Assembly: GCF_006345805.1 (NCBI RefSeq)
Contig: NC_043010.1
Coordinates: forward strand, 61,318,001 to 61,382,000
Reading direction: 5' to 3'
DNA length: 64,000 nucleotides
DNA from: Octopus sinensis
Taxonomy: Eukaryota
Positions 34,795 to 46,870 of the stretch are shown here, piece by piece. Every line of letters begins with the position of its first letter. Within the stretch, counting starts at the first letter, position 1. The notes below the pieces were generated by a model. It saw only the letters and a program-made list of their open reading frames with translations. It did not search any database and was not told the DNA's origin. Position numbers and translations under genes: made by a program.

Positions 34795-35860
34795 TGTCCC
34801 ATCAGCTTACCAATTGTTCCATGAGCTTGTCAATTATCCTATCAGCTTGTCAATTAGCCCATCAGCTTGTCACTTGTCCCATCAGCTTGTCAATTATCCT
34901 ATCAGCTTGTCAATTATCCCATCAGCTTACCAATTGTCCCATCAGCTTGTCAATTGTCCCATCAGCTTACTAATTGTCCCATCAGCTTGTCAATTATCCT
35001 ATCAGTATGTCAATTAGCCCATCAGCTTGTCAATTATCCCATCAGCTTGTCAATTGTCCCATCAGCTTGTCAATTGTCCCATCAGCTTGTCAATTGTCCC
35101 ATCAGCTTGTCAATTGTCCCATCAGCTTGTCAATTGTCCCATCAGCTTGTCAATTATCCTATCAGTATGTCAATTAGCCCATCAGCTTGTCAATTGTCCC
35201 ATCAGCTTGTCAATTGTCCCATAAGCTTGTCAATTGTCCCATCAGCTTGTTAATTGTCCCATCAGCTTGTCAATTGTCCCATCAGCTTGTCAATTATCCT
35301 ATCAGTATGTCAATTAGCCCATCAGCTTGTCAATTGTCCCATCAGCTTGTCAATTAGCCCATCAGCTTGTCAATTGTCCCATCAGCTTGTCAATTATCCC
35401 ATCAGCTTGTCAATTGTCCCATCAGCTTGTCAATTGTCCCATCAGCTTGTCAATTATCCCATCAGCTTATCAATTAGCCCATCAGCTTGTCAATTAGCCC
35501 ATCAGCTTGTCAGTTGTCAAATTAACTTATCAGTTAACACAACAGATTGTCAGTTATCCTACTAACCTGTTCATTATCCTATCAGCTTGTCAGTTGTCCC
35601 ATCAACTTAACAATTAGCCCATCAGCTTGTCAGTTGACCCATGTATTTATCATTTAATACATCAGCTTGTCAATCATCCTATTGGCCTGTCTTTTGTCCC
35701 ATCAGTTCCATCAGCTTGTCAGTTTCCACAGGTTATCAATTGTCTCTTTAGTTTCTTGGTTATCCCATCGATTTTTCAATTGTCCCACCAGCTTGCTAGT
35801 TATCCCATTAGCTTGTCAGCTGGTTCCACTCGTTTGTTGGTTTGCTCATCAATCTACCAG
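34795..35860. repeat. 20-bp minisatellite (ATCAGCTTGTCAATTGTCCC)n
   Basis: About 42 regular units to about 35640, then progressive decay. Confidence 0.97.
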
Positions 35861-36099
35861 TTGTTCCATTATCTTCTCATTTGTTTAATTAATTAATCAG
35901 TTCTTCAATAACCTTTTGGTTGTTCTTTCTTTAATTATGTATGTTATTCCATCAGTTGACCTGTATTCATTGGTTTGTATGTTAGCATATTAATTTATCT
36001 GATGTTCTTTTTATCGGTTTCGATTAGTTAATTAATATACGGTGTCACACCTGTACAGAGTTAGTCTTGCTGTGAAATCATGAACATAAGGACCTTCAT

Positions 36100-36625
36100 G
36101 TCACTAGTTACATTTTACTATCAGTTATGACGTTTTATCGTCAATAGCTACATTTTGCTATTAATAACTACAGTTTTTATGTCAATAGCTATATTTTGAT
36201 GTCAATAGTAGCAGTTTAGCGTCAATAACAACATTTCACTGTCCATAGCTACATTCTACCACTAATAGCTACATTTTATCGTCAACTGCTAGATTTTATT
36301 GTCAATAGCTACATTTCACTGCCAATAGCTAGATCTCACCGTCAATAGCAACATTTTACCACCCATAGCTACATTTCACTGTCAATGGCTACTTTTGACC
36401 GTCAATAGCTACATTTTACCGTCAATAGCTACATTTCACTGTCAATAGCTACATTTTACTGTCAATAGCTACATTTCACAATAAATAGCTAAATTTCACT
36501 GTCAATAGCTGCATATCACCATCCAAAGCTACATTTTACCATGAATAGCTATATTTTACTGCTAATAGCTACATTTCACAATCAATAGCTACACGTTACC
36601 ATCAGGTGCTATATTTTACTGTCAG
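36100..36625. repeat. 20-bp minisatellite (GTCAATAGCTACATTTYACY)n
   Basis: About 26 moderately diverged units. Confidence 0.93.
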
Positions 36626-36899
36626 TTAATAGACTGTGGAGTCACTCGGTACACTGGACAATCAGTTCTTACATTGTGCTATCACTTTCTCTGTTGTACT
36701 GTCAATGGTCGTATTGTACCGTCAGCAGTTTCCATTTAACCGTCATTTGCCACAACATAACATCATTACATCGTGCAGTCAATTATTACTGTTTTGTCAA
36801 TAATAATATTAAAATCAACAATATAAACCAATCAGATAAGGTTTGTCAACAATTACATTTATACTGATACGTGAAAGAGTAGGTGTATATAAAAGTATA

Positions 36900-37099
36900 G
36901 ATATCGCTGTATGTATGTATACATACAATATATGAATATGTATATTATACAGATAGATGTATTTATATGTGTGTGTATATATATGTGCATATGTATGAAT
37001 GTGTATATATATATATATATATTATATATTACATATTATATATATATATGTATATGTATATATACACACATATACATATATATATATATATACATTTAC

Positions 37100-37140
<41 letters not shown>

Positions 37141-37164
37141 TATTATATACATATATATATATAC

Positions 37165-37207
<43 letters not shown>

Positions 37208-37254
37208 TATATATGTATATATACAATATATATATATACATATATATATATACA

Positions 37255-37319
<65 letters not shown>

Positions 37320-37365
37320 ACATATATATATTATACATATATATATTATATATATAATATATATC

Positions 37366-37397
<32 letters not shown>

Positions 37398-37472
37398 ATA
37401 TATATATATACATATTATATATATACATATATATATATATACATATATATATACATATATATAACATATATA

Positions 37473-37510
<38 letters not shown>

Positions 37511-37587
37511 TATATAATATCTATATATATACATATATATATATACATATCTATATATATATTATATATAATATATATATATAATAT

Positions 37588-37621
<34 letters not shown>

Positions 37622-37746
37622 CATATATATATATACATATATATATATATACATATAATATATATATATATAATATATATATAATATATATACATATATA
37701 TATATTACATATATATATAACATATATATATATAACATATATATAT

Positions 37747-37796
<50 letters not shown>

Positions 37797-37820
37797 AACA
37801 CACACACATGTATATATATA
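36900..37820. repeat. Very long compound (TA)n microsatellite
   Basis: About 900 bp of TA interrupted by CA/AA/TT. Other large TA tracts lie at about 32200-32400, 33280-33640, 56110-56290, 58795-59125 and 62560-62830. Confidence 0.97.
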
Positions 37821-38091
37821 TATACATATATAAAAGTGTGTCTTGTTATATATTATTGTTATATTTACACTTGTGCATGTGCGTGCATTGTTGTCTTTCT
37901 TTAAAAACAAGGAATTTCTGTTTGAACAACCTAAATTAATTATTTCAAAGTTCAAATGCTTTAATTGGGCATCATATTGCTTTTGTTGATGTTGTTGTTG
38001 TTGTTGCTTGGTGTGAAGATACAAATGTTTTTTTTTTATATATTTAACTATTTTCTTCCGTTTCACGATTGCGACATGTCTTGGCGACGCA

Positions 38092-40515
38092 TCACTTCAT
38101 GCACTGATTTTGCGCATCGATTGCACATTTTTGGGAAGTGTGCATTCCCTGAATGCTGGTCCAAGGACTTTGCCTGCCCTGCTTCATACTTCCGCATGGC
38201 AACGGGGCCGGTACATTCGGCCAGTAAGAGGTTGTCATGGGCGGCATGGCGAAACTTCGCGACCACAGGTAATTATTTTCCCAGCTTTGTGGCATATCTT
38301 GTAGGTAAGGGGAAGCCATCCACGATGACGTCATTGCAGAAGCTTGTAGACGTGCCGAGGCACTGAGGGCCTGTTGGTCCCTTAGACGGTCTTTTAATAT
38401 TCCAGTCCCTGAGCTGATGGACCCATCAATCAGTGATGAATTATGGAGAGGTCCATCGGGATCGGGGCTGCCACCAATACTACTGAGGTCAAGACTCGAT
38501 TTCAAACCCCCGATATTCCTTTGAAAGAGTTTATTGTCCCTGTTTGGATAGGGTGATGTTAGTCCAGCCGGTGTCAATGGTGGTGACCCGACTGAAGATT
38601 TAATTGGTGTACTACTGCCATTATTATTATTATTGTTATTATCGTTGTTGTTGTTACTTCTATCATTTGGTTTGTTCAGTGCAACTGCAGCAGCTGCTGG
38701 GGAGGTTAACGAGAACTTTGCAGTTAATTCCGCTGCTGTGTGTGTTCTTCGGTGGTGATTGAGGTTTCCCCTCTGGGAAAAGGCCTTCCCGCAGACATTG
38801 CAGGAAAAAGGCTTCTCACCCGTATGTTTGCGCATGTGCGTCTTGAGATTCCCTTGTTGACTAAATGCTTTCTGGCACACTGTGCAGATGAATGGTTTCT
38901 CCCCCGTGTGCACCCGTTCGTGGTTCTTCAAACTGATCTGCAAAGTGAACGCTTTCGAGCACATTGTGCATTTAAACAGCTCCCCCGTGTGAGTGCGTCG
39001 ATGGTTGTCCAGGTTGATCTTCTGGCAAAATGCCTTTCCACAGTCCATACAACTGTAAGGTTTCTCTCCAGTATGGGTCCTCAAATGAATCTTCAGGTTC
39101 CCCTGTTGACTAAATGCTTTCCCGCAAACTGCACAAACGAATGGCTTTTCTCCGGTATGAACTCGTTCGTGGTTTTTCCATTCTGTCTGTTGGCAGAAAG
39201 TGCGGTCACAATATGCACAGTGGTATGGCTTTTGGCCTGTGTGGATGCGTTCGTGGTTACGTAGATTGATTTGCTGATAGAAAGCTTTCGAGCAAAACGA
39301 ACACTTAAACAGATCTCCAGTGTGAATTCGACGGTGATTATCTAAGTTTATTTTTTGACAAAACGACTTACCACAAGTGTCGCAGTGATAGGGTTTTTCC
39401 CCTGTGTGAGTTCTTAAATGAGTTCTCAGATTTCCTTGTTGGCTAAACATTTTCGGACAGTAAGTACATTTAAAGGGCTTCTCGCCAGTGTGGACCCGTT
39501 CATGGTTGCGGAGATTAATTTGCAGAGAAAACGCTTTCGAGCAGAAGCGACAGTTGAACAAGTCTCCAGAATGGACACGCCGATGGTTGTCGAGGTTAGT
39601 TCTCTGGCTAAAGGATTTACCACAGGTTTCACAGTTAAAAGGTTTCTCTCCGGAATGTGTTCGTGCATGTATCTTCAAGTTCCCTTGTTGGCTAAAAGAT
39701 TTTCCACACTCCAAACAAGTAAAGGGCCTTTCACCCGTGTGGATCCGTCGGTGGTTTGCCAGATTGGTCCGCTGTGCAAAGGCCTTTCCACAAATATCAC
39801 AATTGAATAATTTATCAGCTGACGTCAACCCAACTGAAGCTGCTCCTGCCGTATTGTCACCATGGGAACGACTAAGGTCTATGTCCTTCGTGTCTCTTGG
39901 GATGCCTTGGCTGTGAAGATGAGAATGAGAAGAATAAAACGGAAATGCGGAACGACTGGAGAACATGGAGTTTGGATTGTTATTGTGGTCGGCCTCGTTG
40001 TCGAAGTTACTGGGGAGGCCAAAAGAACGATCCATTGTTACTTGATCGAAGTTCTTGAAGTCAGAAGAATGTTGAAGTGGAAAAGCTCGACTGAAGAATG
40101 AAGTGCTGAACGTCTTCTCTAAGTGTGTCATCTCGTGAGCTTCCAGTTGGCTCCTTTGGGCGAAAAACTTTTTACAGAAGCCGCAGTAATACTGCTTCTC
40201 TTCTGAAGAGAGTCGTTCACCCCGGCTGTTGCATTGATGAAGATTGTTGCTGTTGTTGTTATTATTGTTACTACTACTGTTGTGGTTGTTGTTGCTATTG
40301 TTATTGCTGTTGTCTTGGTGATGGAGGTGACTGCTGCTGTTGTTTGATGTGACACGGCTTGAGAGGTTTTTTGTAAAGAAATCATAGCTGAACGGTTTCT
40401 CCATAGGAAGAGATTTGTCATGGTATTTCACATGGCTGTTGGGGTAATAGGACTGACCATGCACCTCGAAATTGAACTGGTTCCCTGGAGTGTACATCGG
40501 CTGTACTGGATACAT
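38092..40515 (-). CDS. C2H2 zinc-finger protein (807 aa ORF): one isolated finger plus a tandem array of 13 fingers, with poly-Asn tracts
   Basis: Isolated finger at aa 111-131; 13 tandem fingers at aa 239-592 (nt 39801-38740) with TGEKP-type linkers; ATG context GCACCATG. Confidence 0.95.
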   Translation of the reverse strand: MYPVQPMYTPGNQFNFEVHGQSYYPNSHVKYHDKSLPMEKPFSYDFFTKNLSSRVTSNNSSSHLHHQDNSNNNSNNNHNSSSNNNNNNSNNLHQCNSRGERLSSEEKQYYCGFCKKFFAQRSQLEAHEMTHLEKTFSTSFFSRAFPLQHSSDFKNFDQVTMDRSFGLPSNFDNEADHNNNPNSMFSSRSAFPFYSSHSHLHSQGIPRDTKDIDLSRSHGDNTAGAASVGLTSADKLFNCDICGKAFAQRTNLANHRRIHTGERPFTCLECGKSFSQQGNLKIHARTHSGEKPFNCETCGKSFSQRTNLDNHRRVHSGDLFNCRFCSKAFSLQINLRNHERVHTGEKPFKCTYCPKMFSQQGNLRTHLRTHTGEKPYHCDTCGKSFCQKINLDNHRRIHTGDLFKCSFCSKAFYQQINLRNHERIHTGQKPYHCAYCDRTFCQQTEWKNHERVHTGEKPFVCAVCGKAFSQQGNLKIHLRTHTGEKPYSCMDCGKAFCQKINLDNHRRTHTGELFKCTMCSKAFTLQISLKNHERVHTGEKPFICTVCQKAFSQQGNLKTHMRKHTGEKPFSCNVCGKAFSQRGNLNHHRRTHTAAELTAKFSLTSPAAAAVALNKPNDRSNNNNDNNNNNNNGSSTPIKSSVGSPPLTPAGLTSPYPNRDNKLFQRNIGGLKSSLDLSSIGGSPDPDGPLHNSSLIDGSISSGTGILKDRLRDQQALSASARLQASAMTSSWMASPYLQDMPQSWENNYLWSRSFAMPPMTTSYWPNVPAPLPCGSMKQGRQSPWTSIQGMHTSQKCAIDAQNQCMK

Positions 40516-40524
40516 GGTGCACGG

Positions 40525-40560
40525 CTACAAAATACAGGAAACAAAACCAATTTAAAATAC
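40525..40560 (-). other. 3' splice acceptor upstream of the 14-finger gene
   Basis: Minus strand reads TTTTGTTTCCTGTATTTTGTAG|CCGTGCACCATG: a pyrimidine tract and AG 9 nt before the ATG. Confidence 0.7.
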
Positions 40561-41350
40561 AAGAAAACGTGACAATTCCATAAACAGGAAACATGGAAAA
40601 ATTGAAATACAAAAAATGTGAAGCAGAAATGTATCAAGAGAAAATTATATTGAAATAAAATTTCATGACATGGATTTAGTCTTCATGATTGAGCAAAGGT
40701 GTTCTAGCCATGACCATCCCCTTATAATGTATCTAGAACTACATTATCTAGTGAATCCCTACTTTTTTCACAGACACCTTGTGTGTTATTTCTAGCAGAT
40801 TGAGTGACTATGTAGAGGTCCCTTCCTTTTCCCACGAAGAGGGAGGTGGGTTGTTTGTTGATTGATTGTGATGACGGCAATTTGAAAAATAATGTGGACA
40901 AAAATAATGTGAGTGTATGCAATCTGTATATGCAACTAAACATGGGTGTATTGTTAGGACACCAAATATTGCAGCATTTGCCTTGAGAATTCCTCTCATA
41001 TCGACGTAAAGTACTAAGAGCACACATGTATATTGTGGCAGATGAGAACTGCCTGCTATAGGTACCGCAACAGCCGGATCACGTGATTTCAGTGTACTGT
41101 GTTTCTTCAGTGGCAGGCACCCGGTCCCCGCATACCAGCCAAATCTGACTGCCAACAATTTACCGTTTTGTCTATATGAGAGGCTCTCTCCAGGCGAATC
41201 CGGCAGTATTTGGTATTCTAATAATACATCCACGTTTAGTACAATATAAAGATTGCCATTCGGTATTAATACTGTTTCCGTCGCTAACACACACGCACAC
41301 ACACGCACACACACGCGCACGCACGTACACACACGCACGTACACACACGC

Positions 41351-41418
<68 letters not shown>

Positions 41419-41639
41419 CGCATTTCCATATAGTTTCCATCTACACAATACTTTCACTATTGATCATTCCAAGCTTATAGAAAAGACTCCCCCAAAGATA
41501 CCTTTTCTGTCGCTAACACTTTTAGTCACTTTTTATAACATGCAAGAACATGGTGCTTCTTTTCATAGGCCACAATACACGCAATGGCACACATAAGTAC
41601 ATATATAATTACATACACACATATTAATCTCATATACTA

Positions 41640-42250
41640 AGACACAGTGCCACAAAGAGACGGGTAGCAAAGTGCTACATTAGAAACTGTGCAAAAAGTG
41701 GTCTCTAGAGAGAGGTAAGACGTGGTATGAGCGCAAACCGTACAGAGTGGTGGAGTCGGGGACCTGAAAAATCCTGTAGATTTCCCAATCCAAGCAGATC
41801 AGATGCTAGAGCATAACAGACCGGACATTGTAGTTGTGGATAACATGCACCACATGTGATTATATATGTGATGTTGCCTGCCCCTTTTGATCCACAAATA
41901 TTGAAGAAGGAAGGCGAAAATAGATATTTACAAAACCTCTTCAGTACGAAATAACCCGGCTGTGGAAAGCGAAGGAGAGGAAGATATTTTTAATTATTGT
42001 TGTCCTTGGGACGACATCAGAAAGCATCTAGAGGAATATCAAGGAAATTGGAAAAGAGTGTCCAGTGGAACTGTTACAAAACGTTTGCTTCCTTGGCACG
42101 GACAGAATAATTAGGAAAGTATTAGATAGCTGAAAAGAACGGATAGCATGGTACCGTAGGCTGCAGGTAGGAAGCCCGCTATGCATGCAAGACTCCAGGA
42201 GTTCCAACAAAATTTGTGATAAAGAGAAGATAATACTAATAATAATAGTG
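41640..42250 (+). pseudogene. RLE-type (R4/Dong/NeSL-like) LINE 3' end: restriction-like endonuclease and 3' UTR
   Basis: VAKVLH*KLCKKW..WYE.KP..KIL*DFPIQADQMLEHNRPDIVVVD...ACPFD...LQYEITRLWK...LGTDRIIRKVL; (TAA)-rich tail. Confidence 0.75.
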
Positions 42251-42366
42251 ATGATGGACTCTCCAATCGAAGACGACGTGTGAGCGTTCAGCTTTTGCCG
42301 AACGATCTGCACAAATGAATTGATTATAGTGATTAAATGCTTGTGATGTACATTAGCTCACTCTCT

Positions 42367-42826
42367 CGAAAGAGTCCAGAAGCTGGCTACCCGCATGGTT
42401 CTTGGTCTCAAGCATTTGTCTTATGAAGAAAGGCTGAGGACGCTCGATCTTTATTCTCTAGAAAAACGCCGCCGCCGTGGTGATCTCATTCTTGCTCACA
42501 ACATCATAAGCGGAAAGTGTAACCTCTCGAAAGAGCTGTTCTTCACTCCTGCTCCAGAGCGTAGGCTGCGGGGTCACTCCGAAAAGCTCTATCTGCGACG
42601 ATTTCATCTCAATCGAAGGAGAGGGGCTTTCTCCGTCCGGGTTGCGGATCCGTGGAATAAGCTGCCGGACGAGATAGTGAAGATGCAGACGACCGCTCGG
42701 TTCAAAGTCTCTCTTGACCAGAAATGGCCTGAACTCTTTGCATGAACACCCTCCCTGTACACAACTCCATGTCCCCCTACATGGCCTTGCTTTTTGCTTT
42801 TTGAGCCAAAAAATTAACTTAACTTA
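42367..42826 (+). mobile_element. CR1-clade LINE, 5'-truncated
   Basis: RVQKLATRMVLGLKHLSYEERLRTLDLYSLEKRRRRGDLI...WNKLP; (TAACT)n tail; candidate TSD ACTCTCT at 42360-42366 and 42827-42833. Confidence 0.9.
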
Positions 42827-43506
42827 ACTCTCTTCATCAAATCAGGTGTCAAAGAGATCGCAGAGCTACGTGAGATGAAGTGGTTTGTTCAAGAACACAA
42901 TACGCCACCCGGTGTAGGAATTGAACCCCCTAGAGATGGTGTCTCGATAAAAATCACTGGTGATTGCGACACCTCACCAACACAGTTGTAATGCCAAATA
43001 GAAATCATGACAACTGCGTTTATGAGACCCGAACCCAGAGTGAAGGTCTCTCGCACGGCAAGTGTTCCACTGCGCAGCAGGGTGAACCTGGTCGTTATCC
43101 AAATACTGTTACAAAGATTAGGAGGAAATGGACTCAAAACGATGATAGAACTGTAATGGAATGCAGAAGCGCGTCTACCAAAATTGGTACCGAAAAAGAA
43201 TGCACAAAATTTGAACGAAGGGAGACATGCTCCCTATCACGGAAGAAAGACTTTTAGATCCTTAAAATTTAATCATCAGAAGGCAGTGACTATCCCAGTC
43301 GGAACAGGAGGAGATCTCTACAATACTGAACGGGTGTGGAAGTGACAATACTGCACACGATGAACAAAAAAAAAACCAATAAAAAAAGAACAAAAGCAGA
43401 ACGAGAACAGGGCTTAATAGAGGGACCAGTAAATTCAAACAAAAGAAACAGCTGCCCGAAAGAAAGGTGAATTTTACTTTGTGGAAAGGAAGAAAGAAGC
43501 TTACTA

Positions 43507-45451
43507 TTGGGTCATCCCATAAATAATGCGTTTTTTCTCAATTGCATGAACTAAATGTCGGAGGGGGACGGGATAAACAACCTCTTTTTCTTTTTCTTTT
43601 TTCTTCTCTTTTCTTCTTTTATGGATGATTGCAACAGTGATCGCATCATCCACACTCTCCTCAGTGCGCCCTTAAATATGGTTTCTGATTACAAATATCT
43701 TGGGTCATACATATCATCATCTGAAAAAGATTTTCTTACTAGAAAGGGTATGGCCTGGTCAGCCTGTAATGACATGCATAAGATCTGGTCATCAAATCTA
43801 AGTAGAGATTTCAAACTTAAAATCTTCAAAGCCACAGTCGAACCAATTCTACAATATGGCTCAGAAACCTGGACGTTATCAAAGAAGCTTGAGAAGCGGT
43901 TGGATGGAACTTACACTTGCCTCCTTATGAGAGCTCAAAATCTCTCGAGGAAGCGCCATCCAACCAAAATGCAAATATATGGGAGACTACCACATGTATC
44001 ATCTTTTGTGAAAGGTAAGAGAGTCCAGTTTGCTGGACATTGTTGTAGAGCTGAAAACGAGGTAATTTCTGCTCTTCTCCTCTGGAAGCCATCTGCTCGC
44101 AATACCAGAGGGCGCACACTCTCCTACCCTGATGTAATCTCCAGGGATACAGGCATCCAGCAACAGGACCTCCTTAATGCTATGATGAACCGTGAAGTCT
44201 GGCGTAGCATGGTAAATTCCATTGTCTCGACCACGGTCGAACAATGATGATGATGATAAACAACCTCTATCAACTTGCTATAAAATCAGGTAGAAGTTCT
44301 ACCTTGTCCTTAATTTTAGTGCAAGTTTTGAAGAGTGCAGTTCGATTTTAACAGTTTTCTTTTCGAAGCCATAATGGAAGTGACAAAGGAATATATTCGG
44401 CATATTTTGATTTATGAGTTCAATCAATAAAAGCAACAACGCAATGGAAAGCGCGAGGAATATTAATGCAGTACATGGAGACTGGGCAATAAGCGTAAGT
44501 CAGTGTCAACGATGGTTCTAGAAATTCCCAGGCAGAAGCTACAGCCTAGAAGACGAGCCTCGTCCTAGAAGATCTGTAGAGCTCGACGAGGACGTCCTGC
44601 AAACCCTGGTGGAACAAAATCCCATCGTAACTGTTGAGGAACTCGCAGAGAAGCTTGGATTTGGTCATTCAACCATTCATCAACACCTGTGCCATCGGAA
44701 AAGTCATCAAATTAGGTCAATGGGTTCCTCACAAACTTCCCGAGTCTAATCGCGCATAGAGAGTGAATGTGTGCTCTTCTTTGCTGTCACATCTCACGAA
44801 TGAAATTCATTTGGACCGAATAGTGACTGGTGACGAGAAATGGATTCTTTATAAAAATGTCAAGCTCCAAAGACAGTGAGCAGGGAAAGGAGAAACACCG
44901 GCACCCCAGGCTAAAGAAGGTCTTCACTCACGTAAGGTGTTGTCATGTGTTTGGTGGGATATGAAAGGTTTAATCCATTTTGAGCTTTTAAACCCAAACT
45001 AAACGATAATGAAGGAGATCAACTGTGAGCAGCTTAAGTCAGTGTTAGAAGTAAAACAACCATCTTTGGTTACAAGACAAGAGGTGTTCTTCCATCAGGA
45101 TAATGCTCAGCCACATAAAGTGAAGATGACATTCCAAAGGCTGGAGCAGCTTGAATGGGAAACGATGGTCCATGCACCATATTCGCAGGGCATTGCTCCA
45201 TCTGATTATCATTTATTCTACAATCTTCAAAATCATTTGCATGGAAAAAATATGAATTTTGTAGATGAGGTCAGAATAGTACTGGAGGAGTATTTTCCGT
45301 CACGGGCAAGTGAATTTTGGAAGAGGGCCTTGCAAGTCTACCAGAGCATTGTAGAAAATGAAGGAGAGTATATTTCAGATTAAAAAAGTAATTTATATTA
45401 ATTTTGAAAAATAAAAGTATAAAAAAACGCATTATTTATGGGATGACCCAA
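43507..45451 (+). mobile_element. Full-length mariner (DD34D) with decayed transposase at 44374-45383, carrying a LINE insertion
   Basis: TIRs TTGGGTCATCCCATAAATAATGCGTTTTTT and its reverse complement; TA on the left, CA on the right; WVPHKL, IVTGDEKW, HQDNAQPH and IAPSDYHLF motifs; about 1.26 kb after removing the insert. Confidence 0.92.
43586..44254 (+). mobile_element. Composite retro-insertion: inverted 86-bp tailed segment plus RTE-clade LINE 3' end
   Basis: 14-bp TSD GATAAACAACCTCT at 43572-43585 and 44255-44268; RTE ORF end (YKYLGSYI..YGSETWTL..FAGHC..MMNREVWR) with (TGA)n tail. Confidence 0.88.
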
Positions 45452-46384
45452 CACTACACCTGATTGAGACACGAAATAGAGAAAGAAAGAGACCGCCAAC
45501 TCCGAGAGGAATCGAAAGATGAAAACAATATAATGTAGCGAAAAAGATAGACGAAATGGTAACGAGAATCTCCATGGAAAATATAACAGATCAACAAGAT
45601 GTCGTAAATGACCTCACGTAATGAGCAGCTTCTGTCGTTGTGGAAATTCTTGGGATTAAAAGTCAAAGGAAAACAAAAGACAAAGCCCCACGATGGGAAC
45701 GAAGGTTTGAGAACCCAACTGAGCAACTCAAGGGACATCTTGGACGGATAAATACAATCGTAGAAAAGAAGAGGACGAAGGAAAGCCCCAGGAGCGAACT
45801 GCAAAGGAAGAACAACATAAAAGAGAGAGGACTGCAATCAGCTAAAGAGGAATTAAAACAAGAAGATCCAAGTTACGTCGGGTAAAAAAATAAAAATAAA
45901 ACATATAGCAACAGAGACGAAATCAGTACTAGCGGAATAGACTCTTTAAGAAGAGCGAAAGAAAATTCTGAGCAGAAATCTGGAGCAAAGAAATCCAACA
46001 TGATATAAAAGCAGACAGGTTGCGACAATTTAAAAGAGAAATGGAAGCTGGAGACACAAGGAAATATAAGAGTCAGGGACAAGAAAATAAGAGATGATCA
46101 AGAAAATAGCAAACTAGAAATCTCCCGGACCAGATGTGTCCAGGGTCTCTGGCTGAAAAGCCTCCAAACTATTCACAGCTATATACGACCATTTTTTGAT
46201 GACTGCATAGAAAATGGAACACCATCATTGATGACAAAAGAAATACCAGTTCTGACACAGGACAAAGGAAAGAGAAGTCAGCAATGACAGACCTATTACT
46301 TGCTTATCATTACTCTGGAAACTATTAAGTGGCCTCATAACAGATGAAGCAATACCAAGAACGTTTGCACTCCTCACACAAAGA

Positions 46385-46622
46385 CGTATGAGATGGCTTG
46401 GACATGTTAGCCGTATGGAAGATGGCAGAATCCCCAAGGACGTACTCTACGGAGAGCTTGCTAGGGGGCACTAGGTCTGTGGGAAGACCGTTCTTACGAT
46501 ACAAGGATGTTTGCAAAAGGGACATGAAGGCCTGCAACATCAATATTAGCAACTGGGAAGCAGTTGCCAGCAACCGTAGAGATTGGCGACGTACTCTAAA
46601 AGAGGGAACACAAATGAGTGAC

Positions 46623-46655
<33 letters not shown>

Positions 46656-46870
46656 AGAAATGGAAAGACAAGAAAAGATGTCAACAAGAAACTACATTAC
46701 AATCAGCCAGGCAAAATCTTCGCTACATTTGCGGCGCCTGCCAAAGGGAGTGTTTGTCCAGAATAGGACTACACAGCCACGACAGTAGGACATGAAATGT
46801 AAAAGCCGGACTAGATTATTTTATGCGCAACTCCATTGTCTCCCGAGACAAAAATAGATGCCAACAACAT
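46385..46870 (+). pseudogene. RTE-clade LINE 3' fragment
   Basis: RWLGHVSRMEDGRIPKDVLYGEL..GTRSVGRPFLRYKDVCKRDMK. Confidence 0.85.

Noticed and set aside
34731-35896. Repetitive ORFs (SACQLSHQLVNCPISL) and a superficial CRISPR-like look
   Set aside because: They arise from a stop-poor 20-bp tandem repeat; there are no unique spacers and no cas genes, and the context is eukaryotic.
38740-39916. 130-174 aa ORFs on the + strand
   Set aside because: Antisense shadows of the zinc-finger array.
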